From assembly GCA_023133275.1 (NCBI GenBank), contig JAGLWU010000010.1:1-40218 (forward strand): DNA of 40,218 nt, in the 5' to 3' direction. Position numbers and translations under genes: made by a program. Under the pieces are notes generated by a model that saw only the letters and a list, made by a program, of their open reading frames with translations, did no database searches and was not told the origin of the DNA. Positions within the stretch are counted from its first letter, which is position 1; the number at the start of each line of letters is the position of its first letter. This document shows, piece by piece, positions 25,604 through 34,954 of the stretch. The DNA is from Candidatus Moraniibacteriota bacterium (GTDB lineage: Bacteria; Patescibacteriota; Minisyncoccia; Moranbacterales; GCA-2747515).

Positions 25604-26605
25604 ATGAAATCAGTTATAGTAAGTTTGTTGGTTGTGTTTTTATCATTAAATACAGCTTTCTCGGAATGTGTTGATGTTATTGTCATAAAACCAGTAGGAG
25701 CTATTGGAAATAGCAATGATGCGGGAGGGGTTAATTACCCTGATCAAGGCTACGAAGACTTCACAACCTACAAGCACCGAGTCTCAATGAAGCACGTCAA
25801 AGCTTCAATTCATGATAGAGATAAATACAGAAAAAAGCTGACTTTTCTCTACGATCAAGAAATCCCAAATATCGATCTCGAAGCTAAGGTGAGAAATAAA
25901 TATAATACACCAATTGAGGATGTATATATTGATTACTATTATTCACCAAATAAATGGTTTTCCAAAAATCATGACAAACTACTCGGAACCGATAAGATCA
26001 GTAAGATTAAAGGAAAGAAGAGCGTGGAAAAACATCTAAGAGAAATAGACATTTCCAGTCTTGAAATAGGAAATCACTATTTTTTCATAGATATCAGATA
26101 CACAGGAGGTCATAACATTAGTAGTCGCAACGACAAAACTGAGTTTGTCAAAATCTCTATAATCGGAGAGATCGAACCCGAAATCCCATCTATAGAGCCA
26201 GATTCAGACGGATCATTTCCAGTTTATAGATATGAAGATTTAGACTATGGTAACATACGATACAGTCTGAATTACATATCAAATCACGTAGCTTGGAATG
26301 CGTTCGCAGAACAGCAATTGGACACAACTCCAGTTTATGAACTTTGGTCAGGTTATCATTTCTTCTACGTTACAGGAGAAGAGGTACGTCAAGAACTGAT
26401 GAATGACAGAGGTTGGGAATATTTAGGTATAGCATTTTACGTGTATGATCAACTCTACTCAGGAACCATGCCAGTTTACAGAATCTACGATAATGATACT
26501 GGCGAACATCTCTACACTGCTGATGATCAAGAAAAAGATCAATGGATGAGCGTTGGAGATAAGAGAGTTGATGGTCCAGGTTTTTGGGTTCCAATTCAAC
26601 CTTAA
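25604..26605 (+). CDS. Secreted protein with Ig-like region and C-terminal DUF5648-like repeats
   Basis: Signal peptide; PVYRY/PVYEL/PVYRIY...GEHLYT repeats and GWEYLGIAFY. Confidence 0.65.
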   Translation: MKSVIVSLLVVFLSLNTAFSECVDVIVIKPVGAIGNSNDAGGVNYPDQGYEDFTTYKHRVSMKHVKASIHDRDKYRKKLTFLYDQEIPNIDLEAKVRNKYNTPIEDVYIDYYYSPNKWFSKNHDKLLGTDKISKIKGKKSVEKHLREIDISSLEIGNHYFFIDIRYTGGHNISSRNDKTEFVKISIIGEIEPEIPSIEPDSDGSFPVYRYEDLDYGNIRYSLNYISNHVAWNAFAEQQLDTTPVYELWSGYHFFYVTGEEVRQELMNDRGWEYLGIAFYVYDQLYSGTMPVYRIYDNDTGEHLYTADDQEKDQWMSVGDKRVDGPGFWVPIQP

Positions 26606-26618
26606 ATATTTTCTCTTG

Positions 26619-26634
26619 ATATATATATATATAT
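26619..26634. repeat. (AT)8 microsatellite
   Basis: Read directly from the sequence. Confidence 0.85.
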
Positions 26635-26683
26635 CTTACAAGATAATTCTTGAAGATAGATATATGGATATCAATTGAAATTT

Positions 26684-26735
26684 ACTCCCCGACTTTTATT
26701 TTTTTATTTAAAATAAAAGTATGGGGAGTTTTTTT
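26684..26735 (+). terminator. Intrinsic terminator with long stem
   Basis: ACTCCCC-g-ACTTTTATTTT...AAAATAAAAGT-at-GGGGAGT followed by a T-tract. Confidence 0.75.
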
Positions 26736-26748
26736 ATTTTTATGTATC

Positions 26749-26768
26749 AAAGCCCGTGCGGCGAGCAC
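26749..26768 (+). repeat. Dispersed 20-bp motif, copy 3
   Basis: AAAGCCCGTGCGGCGAGCAC preceded by ATGTATC. Confidence 0.95.
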
Positions 26769-26789
26769 AATTATTTTTTTGAAAAAACT

Positions 26790-26818
26790 TTGACTACCCA
26801 CTTTCTATCTGATAAACT
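26790..26818 (+). promoter_or_regulatory. sigma70 promoter of secA
   Basis: TTGACT, 17-bp spacer ending in TGn, TAAACT. Confidence 0.7.
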
Positions 26819-26859
26819 GAAGAAAGTTATATTTTTAAATTATTTTAATAAACAAAACA

Positions 26860-29514
26860 ATGTCCATATTCACAAAACTGTTCGGATCAAATGAAAGTCA
26901 AATAAAAAAGTATAATCCAATCGTAGAACAAATAAATTCACTCGAAAGTCAAATAAAAAAACTAACCGATGAAGAAATAAAAGAAAAAACAAAATCTTTT
27001 CAAAAAACAATTCAAAGCGAGGAAAAAACTTTGGATGAAATTTTACCAGAAGCCTTTGCTTTAACTCGGGAAGCGGCTCGACGAACATTGGGCGAGTGGG
27101 CACACAACACTCAATTGATTGGTGGAATGATTTTACATGAAGGAAAAATTACAGAAATGAAAACTGGTGAAGGTAAAACTTTAACTTCAGTTTTTCCAAT
27201 TTATCTTAATGCTTTGACTGGAAAAGGAACTCATTTAGTAACAGTTAACGATTATTTAGCAAAACGTGATTGCAACTGGATGGGCGTAGTTTACGAGAAA
27301 TTAGGTTTACAAGTAGCGTGCATCACTCACGAAGGTGGATTTCTTTACGAGGCGAATACGGTTGATCGGGATGAGGTGGATATTGAAATGGAAAATTTGA
27401 AAGCAGTTACAAAAAAAGAGGCTTATAATTCTGACATTACTTATGGAACGAATAATGAATTTGGCTTTGATTATTTACGGGATAATATGGCACAGTCTGA
27501 GGAACGATTGTCTCAACGGGAATTACATTTTGCAATAGTAGATGAGGTGGATTCAATTCTTATCGATGAGGCACGGACACCTTTGATTATTTCTGCACCA
27601 GACAGTGAATCGACTAAACTTTATGAAAAATTTGCTCAAATTGTTCCAAATCTTCAAATAGAAAAAGATTTTAATGTTGATGAAAAAACTAGAAATGCAA
27701 CTTTAACAGACGATGGAATTCAGAAAGTGGAAAAACTTTTAGGTGTGGGAAATATTTACGAAGAAGGGAAAGTTCAATATGTTCATCATTTAGAGCAATC
27801 TTTGAAAGCACATGCCCTTTTTACGAAAGACAAGGATTATATGGTTAAAAATGGTGAGGTTATGATTATTGATGAATTTACTGGTCGGGCGATGGAAGGA
27901 CGGCGTTATTCAGACGGTCTTCATCAAGCAATTGAAGCAAAGGAAAAAGTGGCGGTTCAGCGTGAATCAAAAACTTTAGCGACGATTACTTTTCAGAATT
28001 ATTTTCGAATGTACGATAAGTTGGCGGGTATGACGGGGACAGCGGTAACGAGTGCGGAAGAATTTAAGAAAGTTTATGAATTGGATGTTATCATTGTGCC
28101 GACAAATAAAGAAATGACTAGAAAAGATTTAGCGGATGTTGTTTATAAAAATGAAAAGGGAAAATTTAAAGCAATTGTGGAAAAAATTAAAGAGTTGCAT
28201 GAAGTGGGACAACCTGTTTTAGTGGGTACGGTAGCGATTGAAAAATCTGAGTTACTGAGCAATATGTTGAAAAAAGCAAAAATTTCTCACAGTGTTTTGA
28301 ATGCTAAATTTCATGAAAAAGAAGCTCAAATTATTGCTAATGCAGGTTTGAAAGGATCTGTTACAATTGCGACAAATATGGCGGGACGTGGTACGGATAT
28401 TAAATTAGGAGAAGGAGTGCGAGAAGTTGGCGGGCTTTACATTATCGGAACTGAGCGTCATGATGCTCGGCGAATTGATAATCAGTTACGAGGGCGTTCT
28501 GGACGACAAGGTGATGCTGGGACAACTCAGTTTTATATTTCTCTTGAAGATGAATTGATGCGACGTTTTGGCGGTGATCGTTTGAAAGGGATTATGGAGA
28601 AGATTGGTTTTGATGAGGATCAACCGATTGAAAATAAAATTATTTCTAAACAAATTGAAGGAGCTCAGTCGAAAATTGAAGGCTTTAATTTTGACGCACG
28701 TAAACATGTTTTAGATTACGATGATGTTGTTAATAAGCAAAGGGAGGTTATTTATAATCGACGGCGAAATATTCTAGAAAAATTAGATTCCAAAGAAGAG
28801 ATTTTAAAAATGTTTAATGAGGAAGTGGATGAAATTGTAACTGCTTATACAAATTTGGATAGACATAAATGGAGTGATTCTGAAATTATTAAAGAAGTGA
28901 AGGCAATTGCTCCTATTTCTGATGGATCTACAGAAAGTTTGAAAAAAATATTTGACGATGAAAGCAGGAATGATAGCGAAGTTATTGAAGAAGTAAAAGA
29001 ATTTTTAACGAAAGAATTACAGACTACTCACATTAAAAAAGAAACGGAAAATGGTGAGAATGCGATGCGAGTGATTGAGCGTTCAATTTTGATGCAGACG
29101 ATTGATCAACATTGGATGAATCATTTGGATGCGATTGATCATATGCGACAGGGAATTGGTTTGCGGGGTTACGGTCAGCAAGATCCTTTGATTGAATATA
29201 AAAAAGAGGCGTTCGGCATGTTTAACCAACTTTTGGGAAATGTTCGAAATACGGTTTTGCATACGGTTTTTCGGGCAACTGTTGTGAGTAATCAGGATTC
29301 AAGTGCAGTTTCTGAGTTGGCACGGAATATGAATTTTTCTGGAGCGGAGAGTAATCCTGAACAGTTTGCTCAAGTAGCGGAAATGGAAAATCGACAAATG
29401 AATGCGAATATGTCAAAAATTGAAAAACCTGTTCAATCTGAAAAGACTGTTGGGCGGAATGACCCTTGTTCTTGTGGGAGTGGGAAGAAGTATAAAAAGT
29501 GTTGCGGGCGGTAG
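26860..29514 (+). CDS. secA: Protein translocase subunit SecA
   Basis: MKTGEGKT, VTVNDYLA, DEVDSILIDEARTPLIIS, NQLRGRSGRQGD, SEC-C motif GRNDPCSCGSGKKYKKCCG. Confidence 0.98.
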   Translation: MSIFTKLFGSNESQIKKYNPIVEQINSLESQIKKLTDEEIKEKTKSFQKTIQSEEKTLDEILPEAFALTREAARRTLGEWAHNTQLIGGMILHEGKITEMKTGEGKTLTSVFPIYLNALTGKGTHLVTVNDYLAKRDCNWMGVVYEKLGLQVACITHEGGFLYEANTVDRDEVDIEMENLKAVTKKEAYNSDITYGTNNEFGFDYLRDNMAQSEERLSQRELHFAIVDEVDSILIDEARTPLIISAPDSESTKLYEKFAQIVPNLQIEKDFNVDEKTRNATLTDDGIQKVEKLLGVGNIYEEGKVQYVHHLEQSLKAHALFTKDKDYMVKNGEVMIIDEFTGRAMEGRRYSDGLHQAIEAKEKVAVQRESKTLATITFQNYFRMYDKLAGMTGTAVTSAEEFKKVYELDVIIVPTNKEMTRKDLADVVYKNEKGKFKAIVEKIKELHEVGQPVLVGTVAIEKSELLSNMLKKAKISHSVLNAKFHEKEAQIIANAGLKGSVTIATNMAGRGTDIKLGEGVREVGGLYIIGTERHDARRIDNQLRGRSGRQGDAGTTQFYISLEDELMRRFGGDRLKGIMEKIGFDEDQPIENKIISKQIEGAQSKIEGFNFDARKHVLDYDDVVNKQREVIYNRRRNILEKLDSKEEILKMFNEEVDEIVTAYTNLDRHKWSDSEIIKEVKAIAPISDGSTESLKKIFDDESRNDSEVIEEVKEFLTKELQTTHIKKETENGENAMRVIERSILMQTIDQHWMNHLDAIDHMRQGIGLRGYGQQDPLIEYKKEAFGMFNQLLGNVRNTVLHTVFRATVVSNQDSSAVSELARNMNFSGAESNPEQFAQVAEMENRQMNANMSKIEKPVQSEKTVGRNDPCSCGSGKKYKKCCGR

Positions 29515-29546
29515 ATGTTTAAATATTATTTGGATAACATATTTAT

Positions 29547-30200
29547 ATGAAAAAATCTACAAAAAAGTTAAAGAAAATTCCAGTTAAAGAAGTAGTAAAT
29601 AAAGTTTCTGTAGAATTAGCAGAAATTATAACGGTTAAAAATGATCTTGAGTTTTCAAAAACATCTTGTCAAATAATTTTATTAAATTCACATGATGGTC
29701 AATATGAAACAGTTGATATAGCTCTTTGGAACAGTGCGATCATTTCATTTTTTCGCTGTTTTGGTGGGGGAAAGAGGGGTTATAAGTTGGATAAAAAAAT
29801 TTTCGAAAACTTGCCTGGTGAGCCTATGAATTTTTATGATTTTTTAAAAAATTTACGAGATAAACATTTAGCACATCCAGTTAATATTTTTGAAGAAGTT
29901 AAAATAGGTGTAATATTTTCGGATGACTATAAAGAACTTCTAGGGATAAGTAATTTCTTCATAAAAAGATTACTTGAGACACCAGAAACTATTAAGCAAT
30001 TTATTGGTTTTATAAATGTAGCTTTAAAAGAGGTGAATTTTGAATTAGAAATAAAGAATATTCAGTTAGTTAATGTAGTTAAAAAAGAAAGTGCTATAAA
30101 TATATCAAAATGGGAAAATTTGAAATACGTAGTACCTGACTCTTTGAAGGCATCAGAGAAAAACCGAGTCGGAAGTAAAGAACCTAGATTTAAAAAATAA
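29547..30200 (+). CDS. Hypothetical protein with HEPN-like RDKHLAH motif
   Basis: LKNLRDKHLAH in a helical-looking 217-aa protein. Confidence 0.55.
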   Translation: MKKSTKKLKKIPVKEVVNKVSVELAEIITVKNDLEFSKTSCQIILLNSHDGQYETVDIALWNSAIISFFRCFGGGKRGYKLDKKIFENLPGEPMNFYDFLKNLRDKHLAHPVNIFEEVKIGVIFSDDYKELLGISNFFIKRLLETPETIKQFIGFINVALKEVNFELEIKNIQLVNVVKKESAINISKWENLKYVVPDSLKASEKNRVGSKEPRFKK

Positions 30201-30238
30201 ATATTTGTAAAATTATCAGTTGCATAATCAAAAAAATT

Positions 30239-30265
30239 AGACTATCCTTAAAGATAGTCTTTTTT
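30239..30265 (+). terminator. Hairpin/terminator overlapping a putative dxs promoter
   Basis: AGACTATC-cttaaa-GATAGTCT plus T-tract; TTGCAT (30220) 17 bp TATCCT (30243) overlaps it. Confidence 0.5.
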
Positions 30266-30308
30266 AAATTATTCAAAAAAGACAAAAATTAACAATTTAT
30301 ACAAAAAC

Positions 30309-32150
30309 ATGAAATACCCAATATTAGACAAAGTAAATTACCCAAAAGATTTAAGAAAATTACCAGTCGAAGAATTAGAAATTTTAAGTGCAGAAATTCG
30401 TCAATTCCTAATCCAATGCGTTTCCAAAACAGGAGGACACTTCGGTTCAAATTTAGGAGTAGTCGAATTAACAGTCGCTTTACATTACGTTTTCAATACA
30501 CCAAAAGATTTACTCGTCTGGGACGTTGGACATCAAACTTACCCACATAAAATTTTAACAGGACGAAAAAATCAACTTTGCACCATTCGACAAAAAGACG
30601 GGCTAGCACCTTTTCCAAAAAGAACAGAAAGTGAATACGACACTTTAGGCGTTGGACATTCCAGTACCTCAATCAGTGCAGCGGTGGGAATGAGTATTGC
30701 AAATAAAGATAAAAAAAATCCTCCGCAGACAGTGGTAGTGATTGGCGATGGAGCATTGGGTGGAGGAATGGTTTTTGAGGCGATGAATCACGCAGGCGAT
30801 GTCGGTACGGATATGTTGATTATTCTCAATGATAATAAAATGTCAATTTCACCAAATGTTGGAGCGATCGACAAATATTTAACACGACTTATTTCTTCAC
30901 AAAAATATTTAAAAATTCGTCGAAAAGGTAAAAAAATTCTTTCTCAATCTTCCTCTAGAATTCACAAACTTGTTCAGCGGGCGGAAAAGTACGCCAAAGG
31001 AATGATTACTCCCGGAACTTTATTTGAAGAATTAGGCTTTGGGTATTACGGTCCGATTGATGGTCATGATACAAAAATGTTAGTCAAAGTTTTAAGTAAT
31101 CTTAAAAAAGTGAAAGGTCCAAAATTATTGCACATAGTTACTCAAAAAGGTAAAGGTTGTGAATTTGCAGAAAGCGATGATTTTTCTCTTCATGCCGTTG
31201 CTCCATTTGATCCAAAAACAGGTAAATCTTTGAAAAAAAGTAGTTCAAAAACTTTTACAGATGTGTTCTCTCAGTGGATTATTAAAACAGCAGAAAAAGA
31301 TGAAAAACTTCATGCAATTACGCCAGCGATGTGTTCAGGATCTGGTTTAACAAATTTTCAAAAAGAATTTCCTGAGCGGTTTCATGATGTAGGAATTGCG
31401 GAACAACATGCAGTAACTTTTTCAGCAGGATTGGCTTGTCAGAGCAAAAAACCAGTAGTTGCGATTTATTCGTCTTTTTTGCAACGAGCGTATGATCAGT
31501 TAATTCATGATGTGGCGATTCAAAATTTGAATGTTCTTTTTGCAGTGGATCGAGCGGGGTTGGTTGGTCCAGATGGGGCGACACATGCGGGAAGTTTTGA
31601 TATGGCGTTTGCACGAAATATTCCTAATTTAACAATTCTTGCTCCAACGACAGCAGAAGAATGTGAAGCGATGTTGGATTGGGGCTATGAGTATGAAGGT
31701 CCAGTTATCGTTCGTTATCCTCGTGATAAAGTAATTTCTAGTAAAAAAGATAATTTTCAAGAAATTAAATTAGGGAAATCTGAAATTATCAGAAAAGGTA
31801 AAAAAATAGTTATTTTAACGTTCGGTACAGTTTTGAATAATTGTGTATCTTTGGCGGAAAAGTTAAATGCGACTTTGGTGAATATGCGTTTTGTGAAGCC
31901 GTTGGATAAAGAAATGATTCGAGGATTGGCTAAAAATCATAAAACTTTTTTGACGGTTGAAGAGGGAGCTGTTTTGGGCGGGGTGGGAAGTGCGGTTGGT
32001 GAATTTGTAGCACAGGAAAATTTGAATGTTACGGTAAAAAATATTGGTTTGCCAGATAAATTTTTACAACACGGAAGTCGGGAGGAATTATTGGTTGAAG
32101 CGGGATTGGATGAAAGGAGTATTAAAAATGTTTTGAAAAGTTTAGTTTGA
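30309..32150 (+). CDS. dxs: 1-deoxy-D-xylulose-5-phosphate synthase
   Basis: GGHFGSNLGVVELT, WDVGHQTYPHKILTGR, GHSSTSISA, GDGALGGGM..EAMN, IAEQHA, DRAGLVGPDGATH. Confidence 0.97.
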   Translation: MKYPILDKVNYPKDLRKLPVEELEILSAEIRQFLIQCVSKTGGHFGSNLGVVELTVALHYVFNTPKDLLVWDVGHQTYPHKILTGRKNQLCTIRQKDGLAPFPKRTESEYDTLGVGHSSTSISAAVGMSIANKDKKNPPQTVVVIGDGALGGGMVFEAMNHAGDVGTDMLIILNDNKMSISPNVGAIDKYLTRLISSQKYLKIRRKGKKILSQSSSRIHKLVQRAEKYAKGMITPGTLFEELGFGYYGPIDGHDTKMLVKVLSNLKKVKGPKLLHIVTQKGKGCEFAESDDFSLHAVAPFDPKTGKSLKKSSSKTFTDVFSQWIIKTAEKDEKLHAITPAMCSGSGLTNFQKEFPERFHDVGIAEQHAVTFSAGLACQSKKPVVAIYSSFLQRAYDQLIHDVAIQNLNVLFAVDRAGLVGPDGATHAGSFDMAFARNIPNLTILAPTTAEECEAMLDWGYEYEGPVIVRYPRDKVISSKKDNFQEIKLGKSEIIRKGKKIVILTFGTVLNNCVSLAEKLNATLVNMRFVKPLDKEMIRGLAKNHKTFLTVEEGAVLGGVGSAVGEFVAQENLNVTVKNIGLPDKFLQHGSREELLVEAGLDERSIKNVLKSLV

Positions 32151-32157
32151 TTTTTTG

Positions 32158-32166
32158 TGTTATAAT
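32158..32166 (+). promoter_or_regulatory. Extended -10 promoter element
   Basis: TGTTATAAT 7 bp after the dxs stop. Confidence 0.55.
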
Positions 32167-32191
32167 TAACGTAAAATAGTAAAATAAGTAT

Positions 32192-32665
32192 ATGGAAAGT
32201 AATAATTTGTTAACTGATAAAGTCCAAAATAATAAAAAAGAAATTAAAAATTTTCAAAAGATTATAATTATATTTGGAATAATTAGTTTATTAATTGTCG
32301 TAAATTTAGTATACACTAATTCTTCTATTTCAATATTGAGTAGAATAGAAAGTGAATCAAATATAGATTTTCCTGATAGTTCGAATATAATTGATTTTGA
32401 TAAAAAACCACCCATAGATCCTATAATAATAGCAAAAATATCAATATCAGAATCATCAGTTGAAAAAATGAAAGAAGATATAGAATCAAAAACTGAATAT
32501 AGCGGTTCTGTTAGTGGGGCATTATCAGAGTCGATGAGTTGGTGGACGCCTAATCAAGTTATTGTTGAAAAAACATATTGGTCAAGTGAACACATACTTG
32601 TACACGTTATTTTATCAAAACAAAATAATGAATATTTTGTTTATATAGAATGCTCTGTTTTTTAG
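32192..32665 (+). CDS. Hypothetical membrane-anchored protein
   Basis: Single N-terminal TM segment; own promoter. Confidence 0.6.
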   Translation: MESNNLLTDKVQNNKKEIKNFQKIIIIFGIISLLIVVNLVYTNSSISILSRIESESNIDFPDSSNIIDFDKKPPIDPIIIAKISISESSVEKMKEDIESKTEYSGSVSGALSESMSWWTPNQVIVEKTYWSSEHILVHVILSKQNNEYFVYIECSVF

Positions 32666-32687
32666 AATGAAACCTTTTTAAAATTAT

Positions 32688-33224
32688 ATGATTATAAAAA
32701 ATTTAATTCAAGTGGGAAATCCTTTATTAAAACAAAAAAGCAAAATTGTTAAAAATATAAATTCAAAAGAGACACAAAAAATAATTAAAAATTTAATTGA
32801 TTCATTAAATTATCATGAATTAGTAGGATTAGCTTCTTCTCAAATTGGAGAAAAATCAAGAATATTCGTTACAAAAATTGACAAAACACCAAACAGAAAT
32901 CCTGATGAAATTGACAAGCTGAGAATTTATATTAATCCAAAAATAATTTGGAGTTCTAAAAAGGAAATTATTATTTATGAAGGTTGTGGCAGTGTCGCTT
33001 ATGCGAAATTTTTTGCACCAGTTAAAAGACCGGAAAAAATAATCATTGAAGCGACTGATGAAAAAGGTGATAAATTTAATTTGAAAGTTGAGGGACTTTT
33101 AAGTCGAGTGATTCAACATGAATACGATCATCTTGAAGGAATAGAGTTTACAGAAAAAATTACTGATATGAAAAAAATAATGAGTTCAGGAGAGTATAGA
33201 AAAATGATTTTTGCAAAAAGTTAA
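32688..33224 (+). CDS. def: Peptide deformylase
   Basis: GLASSQIG, EGCGS, QHEYDHLEG. Confidence 0.9.
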   Translation: MIIKNLIQVGNPLLKQKSKIVKNINSKETQKIIKNLIDSLNYHELVGLASSQIGEKSRIFVTKIDKTPNRNPDEIDKLRIYINPKIIWSSKKEIIIYEGCGSVAYAKFFAPVKRPEKIIIEATDEKGDKFNLKVEGLLSRVIQHEYDHLEGIEFTEKITDMKKIMSSGEYRKMIFAKS

Positions 33225-33275
33225 TTTAAAATTATTTAAATTTAATTTTAAATCCAATTTTAATTCAATGTATCA

Positions 33276-33295
33276 AAAGCCCGTGCGGCGAGCAC
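33276..33295 (+). repeat. Dispersed 20-bp motif, copy 4
   Basis: AAAGCCCGTGCGGCGAGCAC preceded by ATGTATCA. Confidence 0.95.
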
Positions 33296-33320
33296 AGAAA
33301 AAATCTAAAATTACAAAAAT

Positions 33321-33349
33321 TTGACAGTTGAAAATTATTCATATAAAAT
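33321..33349 (+). promoter_or_regulatory. sigma70 promoter of the atp operon
   Basis: TTGACA, 17-bp spacer, TAAAAT. Confidence 0.8.
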
Positions 33350-33367
33350 ATTAATGTAAAGTAAAAT

Positions 33368-33640
33368 ATGAAAAAAGATAAAAATAATCGAGAAGAAAGT
33401 TTGAGAGATATTGTGAAAGGTTCCGCTATTTATACGGGCGTTTCTATTTTAACACCAATGATTTTCTTTGGCGGAATCGGTTTGTTTCTCGATAAACATT
33501 TTCAAAAAAAACCATTGTTTATACTTATCTTTATCGGAATAGCATTTATCATTACCAATATTTTACTTTTCAAGAAAACGAGGATGCTTACAAAAAAAAT
33601 GGAGCAATACTCAGATGAAATTAAAAAAGAAAGTTTGTAA
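33368..33640 (+). CDS. AtpZ/AtpI-family ATP synthase accessory membrane protein
   Basis: 2 TM with G..LDKHF...P motif; first gene of the atp operon. Confidence 0.8.
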   Translation: MKKDKNNREESLRDIVKGSAIYTGVSILTPMIFFGGIGLFLDKHFQKKPLFILIFIGIAFIITNILLFKKTRMLTKKMEQYSDEIKKESL

Positions 33641-33691
33641 AAGAAATTTGAGTGCCTCGTGCATTCAGTTTTTATTTTTATTTAAATTCAA

Positions 33692-34510
33692 ATGGAACTA
33701 AACATATCATTAGCACCAGAAATACTTTTTAAAATAGGATCATTTCCAGTTTCCAATTCTTTTTTTTGGATGGTTGTGGTATCTATTTCGTTGATGATTT
33801 TAATTTTAACAATCCGTTATAAATTCAAACAAGTTCCAGGCAGGACTCAAGCAGCTTTTGAAATTTTAATTGAGGGCGGACTCGATTTTGTACAGTCTAT
33901 CATAGAAGACAAGGATATAGCAAAAAAAGTTTTTCCTTTAGTTTTCACACTTTTTCTTTTTATCATGCTAGCAAATTTGATAACTTTCATTCCTGGTTCA
34001 GCAGTTGTTCTTGAGAGCGGTGAGGGAAAAGTTTCTTTATTTCGAGCAGTGATGTCAGATTATGGTATAGTGATAGTAATGACTTTAGTAGCGGTGATTA
34101 CAGCTCAGATTGTGGCAATTATTTCTTTTGGACCATTTGGTTATCTCGGAAAGTATTTTAATTTTAGTGGGATGAAAGAATTTTTTTCAGAACTTTTTCG
34201 TGGAAAATTGAAATTTGGATTGTTGGCACAAGGTTTTTTAGATATATTTTTAGGATTGATGGATATTGTTGGAGAGATTGCTAAGATTGTTTCACTGTCA
34301 TTTCGTTTGTTTGGTAATATTTTTGCAGGTGAAGTTTTGGGAATGGTGATGTTATTTTTGATGCCATGGTTTTTGCCATTGCCATTTCAGTTTTTGAGTC
34401 TTTTGACAGCAGTGGTGCAAGCATTTGTTTTTGCGGTATTGACTTTGATGTTTATTTCATTAGCATTAAAGATAGATGATGAAGATTTAAATGAAAAAGC
34501 GACGGTATAA
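33692..34510 (+). CDS. atpB: F0 ATP synthase subunit a
   Basis: VPGRTQ, SLSFRLFGNIFAGE, VQAFVFAVLT. Confidence 0.96.
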   Translation: MELNISLAPEILFKIGSFPVSNSFFWMVVVSISLMILILTIRYKFKQVPGRTQAAFEILIEGGLDFVQSIIEDKDIAKKVFPLVFTLFLFIMLANLITFIPGSAVVLESGEGKVSLFRAVMSDYGIVIVMTLVAVITAQIVAIISFGPFGYLGKYFNFSGMKEFFSELFRGKLKFGLLAQGFLDIFLGLMDIVGEIAKIVSLSFRLFGNIFAGEVLGMVMLFLMPWFLPLPFQFLSLLTAVVQAFVFAVLTLMFISLALKIDDEDLNEKATV

Positions 34511-34547
34511 TATTATTTGAAGTTTAATAAATTTAATTAATAATTAA

Positions 34548-34790
<243 letters not shown>

Positions 34791-34800
34791 TAATTTTAGT

Positions 34801-34832
34801 ATGTCTTGTATTTCAATTTAAATATGAGACAT
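34801..34832 (+). other. Intercistronic hairpin after atpE
   Basis: ATGTCTTGTATTT...AAATATGAGACAT. Confidence 0.55.
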
Positions 34833-34954
34833 CTTGAGTTATTAATTTTTTTGGAAAATTTATATTTTTTAAGATTTCTGTTTCTGTGGAAATGCTAAAT
34901 AAATATATTTTTCAAAAAAACGTTTAAAAATATTAAAAAGTTTTTGCTAAAACT

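Noticed and set aside
26893-26960. 17-bp direct repeat in the secA 5' end (ESQIKK twice)
   Set aside because: A-rich, low complexity and within normal SecA N-terminal sequence.
4218-33295. 20-bp motif as a CRISPR repeat or IS terminal repeat
   Set aside because: Copies are 6-12 kb apart, all direct, with no spacers, cas genes, transposase or target-site duplications.
33650-33667. GAGTGCCTCGTGCATTC as a degenerate copy of the 20-bp motif
   Set aside because: It shares only a GTGC-N5-GCA hairpin shape; the loop and the GCCC arm do not match.
34846-34920. Long imperfect inverted repeat between atpE and atpF as an ncRNA
   Set aside because: Almost entirely A/T pairing; intercistronic structure after atpE is common and explained by mRNA stoichiometry control.
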